From positions 192,001 through 256,000 of the forward strand of contig OY970067.1 of NCBI GenBank assembly GCA_963705305.1: 64,000 nucleotides of DNA. Direction: 5' to 3'. The position numbers and the translations under genes were made by a program. Positions 20,841 to 31,321 of this stretch are shown one piece after another (position 1 is the stretch's first letter; each line of letters begins with the position of its first letter). Origin of the DNA: an uncultured Methylomirabilota bacterium. GTDB lineage: Bacteria > Methylomirabilota > Methylomirabilia > Methylomirabilales > 2-02-FULL-66-22. The notes beneath the pieces are model-generated. The model was given only the letters and a program-made list of their open reading frames with translations, was not told the origin of the DNA and searched no databases.

Positions 20841-21857
20841 TCACACATGCTGGCCTCGGCGATCAGCGAGAATGGTGCCCATCCGGCACGCCACCCTGAG
20901 CGCCTCGTAAAGGCCCTGTGAGCTCGCTTTCCCTTGTCCGACGATGTCGAAGGCGGTTCCGTGGGCCGGCGTGGTGATCGGAATTGGTAACCCTCCCTCG
21001 ACTGTCACTCCTCGCTCGAAGCCCATCAGCTTCATTGCAATCTGGCTCTGGTCGTGATACATGGCCACAATGGCATCATAGGTCCCTGCCTTAGCCCGAA
21101 GAAAGATGGTGTCTGCCGGGAACGGGCCGGCCGCCTGGATTCCTTCCGAACATGCTTCCTGGATACCTGGGGCGATCGCCCGGATTTCTTCGTCGCCGAA
21201 TAGCCCACCTTCCCCACCGTGTGGGTTAAAGGCTGCCACCGCCACTCGTGGCTTCGCGACGCCCGATAGGCGTAGCGCGTCGTGGATTAGCACGATGGCG
21301 TCATGCACTGCTATCGGGGTGATGAGATCACTCACTTGCTTGAGGCCCACATGCGAGGTCACGCGGGAAGTCCAGAGGTTTTCCAGTACATTGATCTCCG
21401 AGATGTACCCTTTCCATTGCAGCCGATCAGCGATGTAATGCAACTCATCCGGGAAGGGGGAGCCGCCAAGGTGCATGGCCTGTTTATTCAGCGGGGCGAA
21501 GACGATGGCGTCCAGCTTCCCGCCCCGTGCCAAGTCGAGGGTGAATGCCAGCACATCTAGGACCGACTTACCCGCCTTAGGGCTGACCTGTCCAATCGTG
21601 AACTCGTCAGGAGATGGGCCCGAAAAGTCCAGGAATTGAAGCGATCCGCTGTCGAAGCGTACGTCCTCCGAGCGACGCACGATTTGCACACTGAGGGAGA
21701 TGCCAGCCGCCCTCTGGCCCATTGCAAAGCTACGACGATCCCCGATCACCACTAGGGCCGCATGCTCCTGAACGTCGGTGGTCGCAAGGAGCTTGGCTAC
21801 GATTTCCGGACCGATCCCAGTTGGATCCCCCAGCAATAACGCAATCCTTGGCTTCAT
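20841..21857 (-). CDS. pdxA: PdxA-family dehydrogenase (PdxA2-like, catabolic context)
   Basis: GDPTGIGPE, PLNK, NPHGGEGGLFG.EE, GPFPADT, MYHDQ, HGTAFDI. Confidence 0.9.
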   Translation of the reverse strand: MKPRIALLLGDPTGIGPEIVAKLLATTDVQEHAALVVIGDRRSFAMGQRAAGISLSVQIVRRSEDVRFDSGSLQFLDFSGPSPDEFTIGQVSPKAGKSVLDVLAFTLDLARGGKLDAIVFAPLNKQAMHLGGSPFPDELHYIADRLQWKGYISEINVLENLWTSRVTSHVGLKQVSDLITPIAVHDAIVLIHDALRLSGVAKPRVAVAAFNPHGGEGGLFGDEEIRAIAPGIQEACSEGIQAAGPFPADTIFLRAKAGTYDAIVAMYHDQSQIAMKLMGFERGVTVEGGLPIPITTPAHGTAFDIVGQGKASSQGLYEALRVACRMGTILADRRGQHV

Positions 21858-22344
21858 TCTCCGTTTCTCCTCTGCGACAGGGTACCGCCAGCCCGTAGCG
21901 GTCCCCCTCGCCCTGACGTTTCACCTAGATTTCCTGGTTCCATGCCGTGAGGCCGTTCGGTGAGCAGGTGAGTGGCGCTTAGTATTCCGTCGCACTGGAT
22001 GAGGATCACCGCACTGCGACACGTTTCGGCATACCGGCGAACTTCCTATGTTTCTCGATTGGAGGACGTCCTCGTGATTTCCATGCACCCTTTCGGCGTT
22101 CGGTTCGTTTCGGCGCAGGATTCAGTTTGAGAAGCCCCTCGTAGGTTGTTCCGGAATCTTTAAGCCGACCTTCTGTGCCATTGCTCCCCAATACCCAAAA
22201 CGCCCCGTGGGCTGACCGGGTGCAGCTGTGGCCGTCGGTCAGGAGCGTGAGAGGCCATCCTCCCCCCATGCCGTGGGATCGTCAGGATGAACCCGTCATC
22301 GCCCGTGACCCGCTCGACCTTCATCATTGATGTAAATGCTGGCA

Positions 22345-23730
22345 TCACTGCTTGCCGAAGGCCGCCTCCTGTTCGCGGCGGAGCTCCCACAGGTAGGAAT
22401 CTTGGGGAATCTCCACCATCGCCTCGGTAAGGGGCGTTCCGGCCGCAACATCCTTCATCAGCCGTAACCCCGCGCACAATGTCAAGGGGACTAATTTTTC
22501 CCGGCGCGCCTCGGCCCAAGACTCGTAGCTCGAGGTTAGCTGGTCGGTCAGCTCGAGGTTCCGATCGATGGCTGTCCCCTGCTTGAGATCACGCTTCGCC
22601 ACCGCGATGAGGTCCCATCGCGGGCGGCTCTCGCGTGCTCCTGTCGGAACCCCGAGCCTCGCCGCCGTGAGGATGGAAATGGGGGTTTCCACCCCGCAGA
22701 GATGATACGGCCGGTAAATCACGGCCGCGGTCCCGGCGCGGTTCGGAACCAAACCCTTCGTGTGCAGGATCGTACGCGAGTAGGTGTTCTCGCAGCGGAC
22801 CACCACGAACACGCCTCCCCCCATGGTCGGGATCTCCGGTGTTATGAGCGAGCAGACCGTATCCAGCATTCCAGGGCGCTCCAGGGTTCCCCCGTCGGTT
22901 TTCAGACATAATGACTCCGGAATCTCAAGGGTCCGGAGGATGGGCTCGGCATGCGGTCCGGTGATCGGGTCTAGCCCAGTGGCATTGGCCACGCAAATCA
23001 TCTCCATCCGGTCATAGTTAGCCCCCGTCTCTCCGAAACACTTGCGGCGGGCCGCGATTTTCGCCGCGGCATCATCCCGGATCGGCCGGGCTGCCTCGAC
23101 CCAGGTCGGCTGGATGGGTAGGCTCCTTCCCCCAATCCGAACCTCTCCGGCTCGCTCGTCCAGGACGATCTCCTTGTCATGACTCTTGCCCGCTGCGATG
23201 ATCTCGAGCCCGAGTACCCTCGCCCAATCGCACAGGCCGATGATGGCCGCGGGCTGATCACCATCGGCTTGCGTGTACACCACGCCGGCCCTCTCCGCCT
23301 TCCGGTGGAGAATCGGCCCAACGGCGGCATCCGTCTCCTTGTTGACCATGACTACATGGCAGCCCTGCGCGAATGCCGCGACGGCGTGGATAGCTCCCGC
23401 CTCCGCCTGGCCGGTCGCCTCGACCACCACCTCGACATCGCAGGCGGCCATCAGTTCCGGGCGAGCCGTGAGAACCACCTTGCCGCTGCGTCGGGCGTCG
23501 CGCACCTCTGATTCTTTCTCTGCGACAGCAAGACGTCCCTCGTCCCACCCAGCAAGGCGGCACGCCTTCTTTGCGGATTCGACGTTCGTATCGGCAATGC
23601 ACGTGACAGCATACTGCGGGATTACCGGGGACTGTGTGATGACGGCTGTTCCAAAATGGCCGGCTCCGATGATCCCAACTTTCACTGGTGGCTTCTGAGG
23701 ACCCTTCGACAGCAGATTTCCGTAGATCAT
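22345..23730 (-). CDS. second COG4091 SAF-domain oxidoreductase
   Basis: VGIIGAGHFG, NKETDAAVGPIL, GDQP, EMICVANATG, RPYHLCGVE. Confidence 0.85.
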   Translation of the reverse strand: MIYGNLLSKGPQKPPVKVGIIGAGHFGTAVITQSPVIPQYAVTCIADTNVESAKKACRLAGWDEGRLAVAEKESEVRDARRSGKVVLTARPELMAACDVEVVVEATGQAEAGAIHAVAAFAQGCHVVMVNKETDAAVGPILHRKAERAGVVYTQADGDQPAAIIGLCDWARVLGLEIIAAGKSHDKEIVLDERAGEVRIGGRSLPIQPTWVEAARPIRDDAAAKIAARRKCFGETGANYDRMEMICVANATGLDPITGPHAEPILRTLEIPESLCLKTDGGTLERPGMLDTVCSLITPEIPTMGGGVFVVVRCENTYSRTILHTKGLVPNRAGTAAVIYRPYHLCGVETPISILTAARLGVPTGARESRPRWDLIAVAKRDLKQGTAIDRNLELTDQLTSSYESWAEARREKLVPLTLCAGLRLMKDVAAGTPLTEAMVEIPQDSYLWELRREQEAAFGKQ

Positions 23731-23796
23731 CGTAACCCTCCGCGCTAGCGTTCGACTTTACCTTCTACTAGCCACTCCATTCAATTTATCAGTTAC

Positions 23797-24968
23797 TAGT
23801 CTACCGTGTCACACAGATGCCATCTTATGCAGCACTGCTCGAGCCCGCTCGACTTTCGCCAGGATGTCCTCCACCTTGGCCGTCCAGGTGAACGACCGGG
23901 GGTGGCGGTTGTGGTGTGCGATGAAGGCCTCAATGGCGGCGATGAGGTCGGCGACGCTCTTGAAGACGCCCCGGCGGAGCCGCTTGGTCGTGAGCTCCCG
24001 GAACCACCGCTCGATGAGATTCAACCACGAGCTGCTGGTCGGAATGAAGTGCATGTGGAAGCGTGGGTGGCGGGCGAGCCAGCGCTGGACCGCAGGGTGT
24101 TTATGGGTGGCGTAGTTGTCCACGATCAGGTGGAGGTCCAGGTCGGGCGGGGTCTGCGCGTCGATCAGCCGGAGGAACCGGAGCCACTCCTGGTGCCGAT
24201 GCTTGGGCAGGCACGTGCCGATGAGCTGGCCCGTCACGAGCCCCAGGGCGGCGAAGAGCGTGGTCGTGCCGTTCCGCTTGTAGTCGTGGGTCAGGGTGCC
24301 GCACCGGCCCTTCTTCAGCGGGAGGCCGGGTTGGGTGCGGTCGAGCGCTTGGATCTGGCTCTTCTCGTCGGCGCACAGCACCAACGCGTGCTCAGGGGGA
24401 TTCAGGTACAGCCCCACCACATCGGTCAGCTTCTCGAGGAACCGCCGGTCGCGGCTCACCTTGAACGGGCGGACCCGATGCGGCTTCAGGCCGTGGGCCT
24501 GCCAGACCCGGTGCACGGTCTTCGGGCTCACGCCGACCGCGGCCGCCAGGGTCCGCGTGCTCCAGTGGGTGGCGGCGGGCGGCGCGCTGGTTGTCGTCAG
24601 GGTGACGATGCGCTGCAGGACCGCCGGGGCGATGGCGGGCGTCCGGCCGGGGCGCGGGGCATCCCGCTCGATCCCGGCCAGCCGCTGCTGGGCGAAGCGA
24701 GTCCGCCACCGACCCACACACTCGCGATCCGTGTCCAGGGCCCGGGCGACCTCGTCGTTCCGCTGCCCCGCCGCCGCGCGCAGGACGATCTGCGCCCGGC
24801 GCACGAGGCGCGCGGGGGTGCGCCGCCCCCGTGCCCAGCGTTCCAAGATGGTGCGTTCCTGCGGGCTCAGCACAATCGGCACCGCCACACGCATGGCTTG
24901 CTCCTCCTCACCGAGGAGCATACCAGAGTACGTACTATAAGTCACCGTATTTATGACACACTAGACTA
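23797..24968 (-). mobile_element. IS630 family insertion sequence (copy A)
   Basis: ends ctagtctaccgtgtca / tgacacactagactag are imperfect TIRs at CTAG/TA; full transposase inside; exact end +/-5 bp. Confidence 0.88.
23809..24894 (-). CDS. IS630 family transposase
   Basis: [51 protein letters not shown] (DDE). Confidence 0.95.
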   Translation of the reverse strand: MRVAVPIVLSPQERTILERWARGRRTPARLVRRAQIVLRAAAGQRNDEVARALDTDRECVGRWRTRFAQQRLAGIERDAPRPGRTPAIAPAVLQRIVTLTTTSAPPAATHWSTRTLAAAVGVSPKTVHRVWQAHGLKPHRVRPFKVSRDRRFLEKLTDVVGLYLNPPEHALVLCADEKSQIQALDRTQPGLPLKKGRCGTLTHDYKRNGTTTLFAALGLVTGQLIGTCLPKHRHQEWLRFLRLIDAQTPPDLDLHLIVDNYATHKHPAVQRWLARHPRFHMHFIPTSSSWLNLIERWFRELTTKRLRRGVFKSVADLIAAIEAFIAHHNRHPRSFTWTAKVEDILAKVERARAVLHKMASV

Positions 24969-25289
24969 GGAGGAGCCCCTGAACGTCAAACCTCCGTCAT
25001 ACGAACGGAAATTACCCTGAGTCGCGTGTAAGTGTGAACCGCTCAGCAGGCCAAGGCCCTCATTCCGACTTCCTGCTCCCCTCTAGCTCCGCGTTGTGGG
25101 GCCTAGTGACCGGGAGGTCTTTCGGCCGGGGAAACAAGAGCCTTCGTCGACTCCGCACCGGGCGCGCACGCATCCCGAGCGGAGTCTAGTTTTTCTGTCT
25201 TGCATCGAACGGCTCGAGCCTGCTCGCCATTCGTTTTTTTCCGCCTCCAGCCGAATTGGCTCGCGCGCCCACCAAGGTGTGTCGCACGC

Positions 25290-25567
25290 GGTCGGAGTCC
25301 CACCGTATCCTCCCGGCGGAGGCTGCTAGACACCTCGTCATCTTTGGCCGCGTGCGGTATTTCAGCCTGTCGATGAACGGCTCGGTCGTCAGCCTCTCCC
25401 GGCGCACAGTCAGCCAGGTGCGGCGGGGGATCCTTCCGCGTCACAGCCAAGACTTCTGTCGCTCCTGGTGGCAGATGACGCGCCACATCCCCGGTGGACT
25501 TCCGTCCAGTCGCATCTGCTCTCCCTACCCGCTGGTTCACCTCAAGGGTGTCCCCCGAGGCAAGAGC
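25290..25567 (+). pseudogene. decayed 3' end of group II intron RT/maturase (domain X) running into start of intron domain V
   Basis: translation RYFSLSMNG...LPRHSQ...W.MTR...LP..RICSPYP resembles the maturase C-terminus (RYY...N...LRRRSQ...W..M......LP..RI.HPYP), followed by cccgaggcaagagc. Confidence 0.7.
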
Positions 25568-26649
25568 TAGTGTTGTGTAACTAACGCTGCTTTACAACGA
25601 TCGACCTTCGTCATGATCATGTCAGCGCTCTTGGTCCAGACGAAGCGTTTGGGAGCGCGGTTGTACTCATCGAGGTACTCCTGGATCGCGGCCAGGAGCT
25701 CCTTGACGCTGGCGAAGCTGCCGCGACGGATGCGCTTCTGGGTGATCTCGCGGAACCAGCGCTCGACCAGGTTGAGCCAGGAGCTGCCCGTGGGCGTGAA
25801 GTGGAGATGGAAGCGCGGGTGGCGGTGGAGCCAGCGCTGGACCGGGGGGCTCTTGTGGGTGCCGTAGTTGTCCACGATGAGATGCAGGTCCAGGGCCGCC
25901 GGCGTCTGCTGATCGAGGGTACGGAGGAAGCGGAGGAACTCCTGGCTGCGGTGCCGGGGCAGACACTGGCCGATGACCTTGCCATCGAGCAGGCAGAGGG
26001 CCGCGTAGAGGGTGGTGGTCCCGTGGCGCTTGTAGTCGTGGGTCATCGTGCCGCAGCGGCCCCGCTTCATCGGCAGCCCCGGTTGGGTCCGGTCGAGGGC
26101 CTGGATTTGGCTCTTCTCGTCCACCGACAGGACCAGGGCCCGGTCCGGCGGATCGAGGTACAGCCCCACCACGTCGCGCAGCTTCTCGACAAAGTGGGGA
26201 TCGCGGGAGAGCTTGAAAGTCTCCACCCGGTGCGGCTGCAGCCCATGCTGCTTCCAGATCCGCTGGACCGTCATGTGGGAGAGGCCCTGGGCCTTGGCCA
26301 GGGTGCGGGTGCTCCAGTGCGTCGCCCCCCGCGGGGTACTGTGCAAGGTCGCCTCGACCACCCGCTTCACGACCGCAGGCGAGAGAGCCTTCTTGCGGCC
26401 TGGCCGCGGCGCCTCCTTCAGCAGCCCGGGCGCCCCGCGGGCCTGAAACCGGCTCCGCCACAGCAGCACCGTCGGGCGACTGGTGCCCAGCCGCGCCGCG
26501 CTGGCGTTGTTGGGGACGCCCTCGCTGGCCAGCAGGACGATCCGGGCCCGCAGGGCCACCTTCTGCGGTGTCTTGCCCGAGTTCGCCAGGAACCGGAGTC
26601 GCTTCCGCTGATTCTCGTCGATCGTGAGCGCCCGCGCTGGAGTAAACAT
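25567..26649 (-). CDS. IS630 family transposase
   Basis: [36 protein letters not shown]; stop within the terminal CTAG. Confidence 0.95.
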   Translation of the reverse strand: MFTPARALTIDENQRKRLRFLANSGKTPQKVALRARIVLLASEGVPNNASAARLGTSRPTVLLWRSRFQARGAPGLLKEAPRPGRKKALSPAVVKRVVEATLHSTPRGATHWSTRTLAKAQGLSHMTVQRIWKQHGLQPHRVETFKLSRDPHFVEKLRDVVGLYLDPPDRALVLSVDEKSQIQALDRTQPGLPMKRGRCGTMTHDYKRHGTTTLYAALCLLDGKVIGQCLPRHRSQEFLRFLRTLDQQTPAALDLHLIVDNYGTHKSPPVQRWLHRHPRFHLHFTPTGSSWLNLVERWFREITQKRIRRGSFASVKELLAAIQEYLDEYNRAPKRFVWTKSADMIMTKVDRCKAALVTQH

Positions 26650-26707
26650 GAGCCCTTGTACACATACAGCACCTGATTGTAAAGCTATTTCTGTTACAGA
26701 TCACTAG
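25567..26707 (-). mobile_element. IS630 family insertion sequence (copy B)
   Basis: TIRs ctagtgttgtgtaac / gttacagatcactag; CTAG at both ends. Confidence 0.92.
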
Positions 26708-26944
26708 AAGTAGGAGAGAACCATGATTGGTCGTGCCTTTCTCCACAGATCCGGACATGTGGGGGCTCTATGGCGTTGTCGGTTCCCCATTCCCTAAAGC
26801 GCTAGCCCCACGAAGATCCCCCTGAGCATCTACGGTCTACGAGGGACAGCTCACGGACTACATCACCGAGACGAGCGTGCTCTCCACCGCCGATTCATCT
26901 TGGGCCATCCCTTCTTTCCCTCTGACGACGCAGAGCCCGCTCGT

Positions 26945-28120
26945 TCATCCATACCGGCCAAACTCTCGCGCCTCCTCTACCATGGCCACAATATTCTGCG
27001 GTGGGACATCGTCCTGGATGTTGTGCACCGCAGCGAGAACGTAGCCACCGTTCATCCCCAGGGCACCGATCTGGGCCTTAACCTCCTGCCGCACCTCCTC
27101 GACCGTGCCCTTGGGTGGAACAGTGTGAGTGTCAATGGCTCCCCAGAACGCCGGCCGATCCCCGAATTGCGATTTCAGGGATTTGCTATCCCTCCCCTTG
27201 GCCGAGATCTGAACCGGGTTCAGCGCATCCACACCGATCTGGATAAAATCGCCAATGATCGGCAGGATCGCGCCGTCACAATGATAGACACCCCTCGCAT
27301 GGCTATGGCTCTTGATGAAGTCCACGATCTGCCGGTGGCGCGGTTTGATGATTTTCCGATAGATCTCCGGAGAGCACATCAACTCCGCCTGGGTGGCCAA
27401 GTCGTCGTGAAAAAAGACGATGTCCACGTACTTTCCGATCAAATCCAGCAACTTGCGCCCGATCCGGAGGTCGACCTCCAGGATCCTATCCATGAGGGCC
27501 ACGATCAGCTCGTGATTGATGCTCAGGTCCACGAACCAGTCCTCGTGCCCCCGAAGGAACTGACTCAGGGACACGATCGGTCGGGGAAACATGGCAACCA
27601 CCGCATAGTCGGTGTTGGTCTTCAACTGCTCAGCCTGCTCCCGCAACCCGGCGTACCGCTCTGGGACGTCGGGATCAGGCCACGGGTATTTCTCCAGGTC
27701 CGCCAGGGTGATCTCACCCGCCAGCGGATGCTTTGCAATGAAGGCTGGCCCGGTCTCCGGCCCCGTCCAGAGGACGCCCCATTCGTCCCGGTAGGTCACG
27801 CCGTCGGGGAACGACGAGAGCATCCAGTACTCGTTCCAATCAGGGTCATGGCGGGGCACCACCATCCGCGTGTCGATGTCAAGGCGCTGAAGGAGGGCTT
27901 CATCTGGGCGGCCCACGCTGGCCCATTTCCGCATGATGGCGGCTTCGCCTTTCATGTTCAAGTATCGAAGCAAGCGACCGGGCGCGGTCGAGGCAATGCT
28001 GGAGGCATAGGTGCCCCCAATGTCGACGGGGAATCGGTCCGGCTCTTGATGATCGAGAGCCCGCATGATGCGGTCGCGATGCGTAAGCGAGGCCGTCGGG
28101 TCTCCTTCTGAGGCCGGCAC
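26945..28120 (-). CDS. uroporphyrinogen decarboxylase / MtaA-CmuA family protein
   Basis: R...ALDHQEPDRFPVDIG, DEWG, DDLATQ, YHCDGA, NPVQ, FWGAIDT, HNIQDDVP. Confidence 0.85.
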   Translation of the reverse strand: MPASEGDPTASLTHRDRIMRALDHQEPDRFPVDIGGTYASSIASTAPGRLLRYLNMKGEAAIMRKWASVGRPDEALLQRLDIDTRMVVPRHDPDWNEYWMLSSFPDGVTYRDEWGVLWTGPETGPAFIAKHPLAGEITLADLEKYPWPDPDVPERYAGLREQAEQLKTNTDYAVVAMFPRPIVSLSQFLRGHEDWFVDLSINHELIVALMDRILEVDLRIGRKLLDLIGKYVDIVFFHDDLATQAELMCSPEIYRKIIKPRHRQIVDFIKSHSHARGVYHCDGAILPIIGDFIQIGVDALNPVQISAKGRDSKSLKSQFGDRPAFWGAIDTHTVPPKGTVEEVRQEVKAQIGALGMNGGYVLAAVHNIQDDVPPQNIVAMVEEAREFGRYG

Positions 28121-28303
28121 CTGATCCGCTCAGAAAGCAGGTGAGTCCGCATGCCTAAAGGCCGCCTGTGGCATTTTGCGCCCACCGCTGCTCAGTCGGC
28201 AATGGATCGTTCGTTCCCGAATGTGGTCTAGGCGCCCTCTCCGTCTTCGCGTCGACCAGACGACCTGCGGGCCCGCCATGCGAATGAATGGGTCGGATTC
28301 CTT

Positions 28304-29848
28304 TCACGCGTTCTGCTCCTGCGTGAGTGCGCGCCTGACCGCAGGCTTCAGGGCAACGAGCCCAAGCAGGCCCGCGATGATGTCGAAGATGCCAGCGATA
28401 TAGAACGGAACCTGGAAGCTGCCCCCAAGGAATGCAACCAGCACTGCGGCCCCCCAGCCTCCGAGAATGGCCGAGAATCCCTTTGACGTGTACAAGATCC
28501 CATAGGTCGCCGTGACATACCTGGGGCCGAACACATCGCCGAGGCACGCGGGGATCAGCGCGGAGGTTTCTCCCCAGGACAGGAACACGATGGGTAGAAG
28601 CACGACGAAGAGTATGGGCATGCCAGTAATCTGGGTGACCAGCAGAATGAGCAGTCCCTCGAGGGAGAAGGCGATGGCCATCGTGTTCTCCCGGCCAATC
28701 CTATCGGATACTGACCCCCACATGATCCGGGAGAGCGAATTGGCGACCCCACCGATCGTCGCGGTGAAGGCTACGAGGGAGATCCCGAGCAGCTTCACGC
28801 TCTGGACGTTGAGCGATCGGGCGAGCTCGGACATGTGCCCAATTGTCATCAGGCCACCCGTGGTCATCACGAGGAACTGGAAGTACATGATGTAAAACTC
28901 CCGCCGGCCGAGCGACTGTTGCCAGGTGTAGTTCACCTTGGACTGGAGGACGCTGCCCGACGCCTTCGGTACCCACCCGGCCGGTGTCCACCCTTCGGGA
29001 GGATGCCGCAGAATCATCGCCATGGCGAAGGCGACCACTCCCAAGATCACCCCCCAGATTGCCATCGCGTGCGCCCAGCCCATGGAGGTGATGCTTTCTA
29101 GCCGTTACACAAAGGTGTTGATAACGGTCGGCGTTTCGCTAGTAACGGCATGAATTGGTTGACCGAATCGGAACGCCTTGTCGGGGAAGAAATCTTCCTC
29201 GATGTCAGCTCAATCCGAAAAGGACGGAATGCGCTGTAACCACAGAGGAATCGCGCCTATTGACAAGCGAATCTTCAACACCTTTGTGTAGCGGGTAGTG
29301 ATGCTTTTGGAAATGGGAATGATGGTCAGGGCGGCCCCCCCGCCAAATCCAGCGCTTGTGAGGCCGGTTGCCAGTCCCCGCCGATCCGGGAACCACTTGA
29401 CGGCATTGCCGGCTGCTGCAATATATATGATCCCTGCCCCTGTGCCCGTGAGGAAACCGTAACAGAGGTAGAGGCCAAATACCGACTGGACCATCGCGCC
29501 GCCGAGGAGCCACCCGACGAGGATCATGCACGACCCGATCGCCATGAGCGTCCGAATCCCGAATCGATCTACCAGGATCCCAGCGATGGGGACTGGCCAA
29601 GTCTGAAAGAGGATGTACAGGGAGAAGATGACCGCAATTTCGGAGTACGGGACCCCCGCAAACTGCTGTTTTAGACCCGGTGTAAAGAGGGTGAACGCAT
29701 ACTGATAGTTGGATATCACCATCATCGAAATGACCCCGGCACACAGTTGCACGACCCGGTTTCCCCTAAACGAACCGAAGAGTTCTTTTGCGAGGTCCTG
29801 GCCTGTCGCTGCAACCGCCTCGATTCGGCCTGTGGTCCCGTTCACCAT
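28304..29848 (-). pseudogene. oxalate/formate antiporter (OFA) family MFS transporter interrupted by a MITE
   Basis: ISNYQYAFTLF, GNAVKWFPDRRGLA.GL..AGFG.G; removing 29098-29307 restores the frame ...PISKSITSMGWAH... Confidence 0.88.
29098..29298. mobile_element. 201-bp MITE with 24-bp TIRs and 9-bp target duplication (IS4/IS50-like ends)
   Basis: ctagccgttacacaaaggtgttga vs revcomp of right end ctacccgctacacaaaggtgttga (22/24); TGATGCTTT at 29089-29097 and 29299-29307. Confidence 0.9.
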
Positions 29849-30420
29849 GACCGGCCTCCTTTCAAGTCCTCAGGACTTGATCGAGAGCACCTCCGCCCCG
29901 AAACCCTTCGCAAACCGAAGGAGAAACAATTGAAAGCGAAGCAAAACCTCCAAAAACGACGCGCATCCGTACCTGCACATGGAAGTCAACGACCAGCGTC
30001 GAAGTCGACCCTAAGAGGGTCGATCTCGAGCCCTACCGAAACATATGGTCTCGGATGCGAGGACAAATGAGTCGTGCACAGGTCCTCTGTAGTCCCAGGG
30101 GGCCTGGCATCTGACATGGCGGGAACATTGGCCCGAAGGAGAATAGGAGCGATAGAAGATGGTAGCGACGTGCATTTCGGCAGCGAGCGATGCCACGCCC
30201 TGTTTTGCCGATCTATCTTGCAGCCGGCAACTCCTCGATAGCTTCATAGTTGCGTTCAGCCTGGGGATTGGCTAATCCTTGTAGTACCGGGATTTTCCTT
30301 GCGGCAGGTCGAGGGCGAGGGCGCCACCGAATTCAGGAACCCAAACCCCCCAGATCTTGCGATATGTCCGCCGCCCTATCCTTAATGCTCTTTCCGATCT
30401 CCCTGAGTTTCTCATCAATG

Positions 30421-30664
30421 AAGGGCCCTGGCAATTCGCGCAAATTGCGGCAGCGCTAACCGCGCGACACCTGCCGTTTCCATCCTCCGATGACACCGGC
30501 CTTCAATAACACAACAGCCCCTGGGGATCCGTGATCCACCGGGGGCCGTAGGGTTCGCACGCCAGGAGCTTTCCGGCCGGCATCGTTGCCTCCTTCAGGC
30601 CGCCTTGCTGGGCACCGAATTCATTCGGGCCAGACGCTACCGCTCATCGGAGGGGGAAGTCAAG
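30421..30664 (-). repeat. array element type A, copy 1 (promoter - structured RNA - terminator; decayed GGGGACGT end)
   Basis: core gggttcgcacgccaggagctttccgg.cggcatc..gcctcc.tcaggcc shared with 35323-35568 and 40956-41200; minus TTGACT-18-TAGCGT. Confidence 0.85.
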
Positions 30665-30681
30665 GTGCAAATGTGGAAAGA

Positions 30682-30778
30682 CGGAGGTCAGAGGTCCCTG
30701 ATCAGCCGTCAGTGGTCAGAGATCAGCCGTGAGCGGTTAGCCATCAGCCGAGGAATGACCACGGACCGCTGACTATCG
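30682..30778. repeat. heptamer-rich low-complexity tract (TCAGAGG/TCAGCCG/CTGAC)
   Basis: shares gcc.aggaatgac.acggacc with 41212-41382; same position relative to element A. Confidence 0.6.
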
Positions 30779-30839
30779 TCAAGGTGCTGGGGGACGTCCC
30801 CTTTTCACGGCCGGGTGAGGCCTCATCCCCTGCCGTTCG

Positions 30840-31295
30840 TCAGCTCTCGACGCGCTCCCATGTGAGCGAGGACTCGAGGACACCCACGGGCAGTGGAGGC
30901 GCAAGCCGTAGCACCAGCCGATTGCCGGTAAAGGTGAAGAGCCGCTTCCGGTCCGTCCCGACCGCGTTGGGGACCTTGTCGAGCTCCACATGGTGGACCA
31001 CGGATCCCTCCCCGGCGTCTACGTCGTAGGTGCCACAATAGGCCACAAGACCGTTCATGGCTGACCTGATCTCCTGCTCGGCGGGATTGCTTGGGATCAC
31101 CCACTTTGGTCGAGCCGGATTCATGAGGACGGCGCACATCCGCTTGGCATCGATGTACATCAAGTAGCCGACGCCGTTCGGGCCGAGATCGGGGCTCGGG
31201 CGCGTCGTCCCGTCGGCCATGAGCTGTTCGGTCGAAACCAGGCGCCACACCCCGATGAACTGCCTTGCCACAGCATCTTGGGATCGTGCCCGCAT
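30840..31295 (-). CDS. lipocalin-like domain protein
   Basis: FIGVWRLVS, G.N.VGYLMY, AYCGTY, L.WERV; GGAGG SD. Confidence 0.85.
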   Translation of the reverse strand: MRARSQDAVARQFIGVWRLVSTEQLMADGTTRPSPDLGPNGVGYLMYIDAKRMCAVLMNPARPKWVIPSNPAEQEIRSAMNGLVAYCGTYDVDAGEGSVVHHVELDKVPNAVGTDRKRLFTFTGNRLVLRLAPPLPVGVLESSLTWERVES

Positions 31296-31321
31296 CTGTG
31301 CCCCTCCGTTTGGGAGATGAC

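Noticed and set aside
22006..22269. Short ORF possibly a transposase fragment
   Set aside because: Similarity is too weak to support by eye.
30551..30566. GGCGTGCGAACCC resembles phage C4/Ash-type antisense target loops
   Set aside because: Only a short resemblance; no C4 cloverleaf, antirepressor or phage genes nearby.
30575..30640. Plus strand of element A resembles an HDV-like ribozyme (GGCCGGCAT...GCCTCCT...CTGGGCA)
   Set aside because: The P1 partner strand does not pair and is not conserved in copies 2 and 3; promoter and terminator point to the minus strand.
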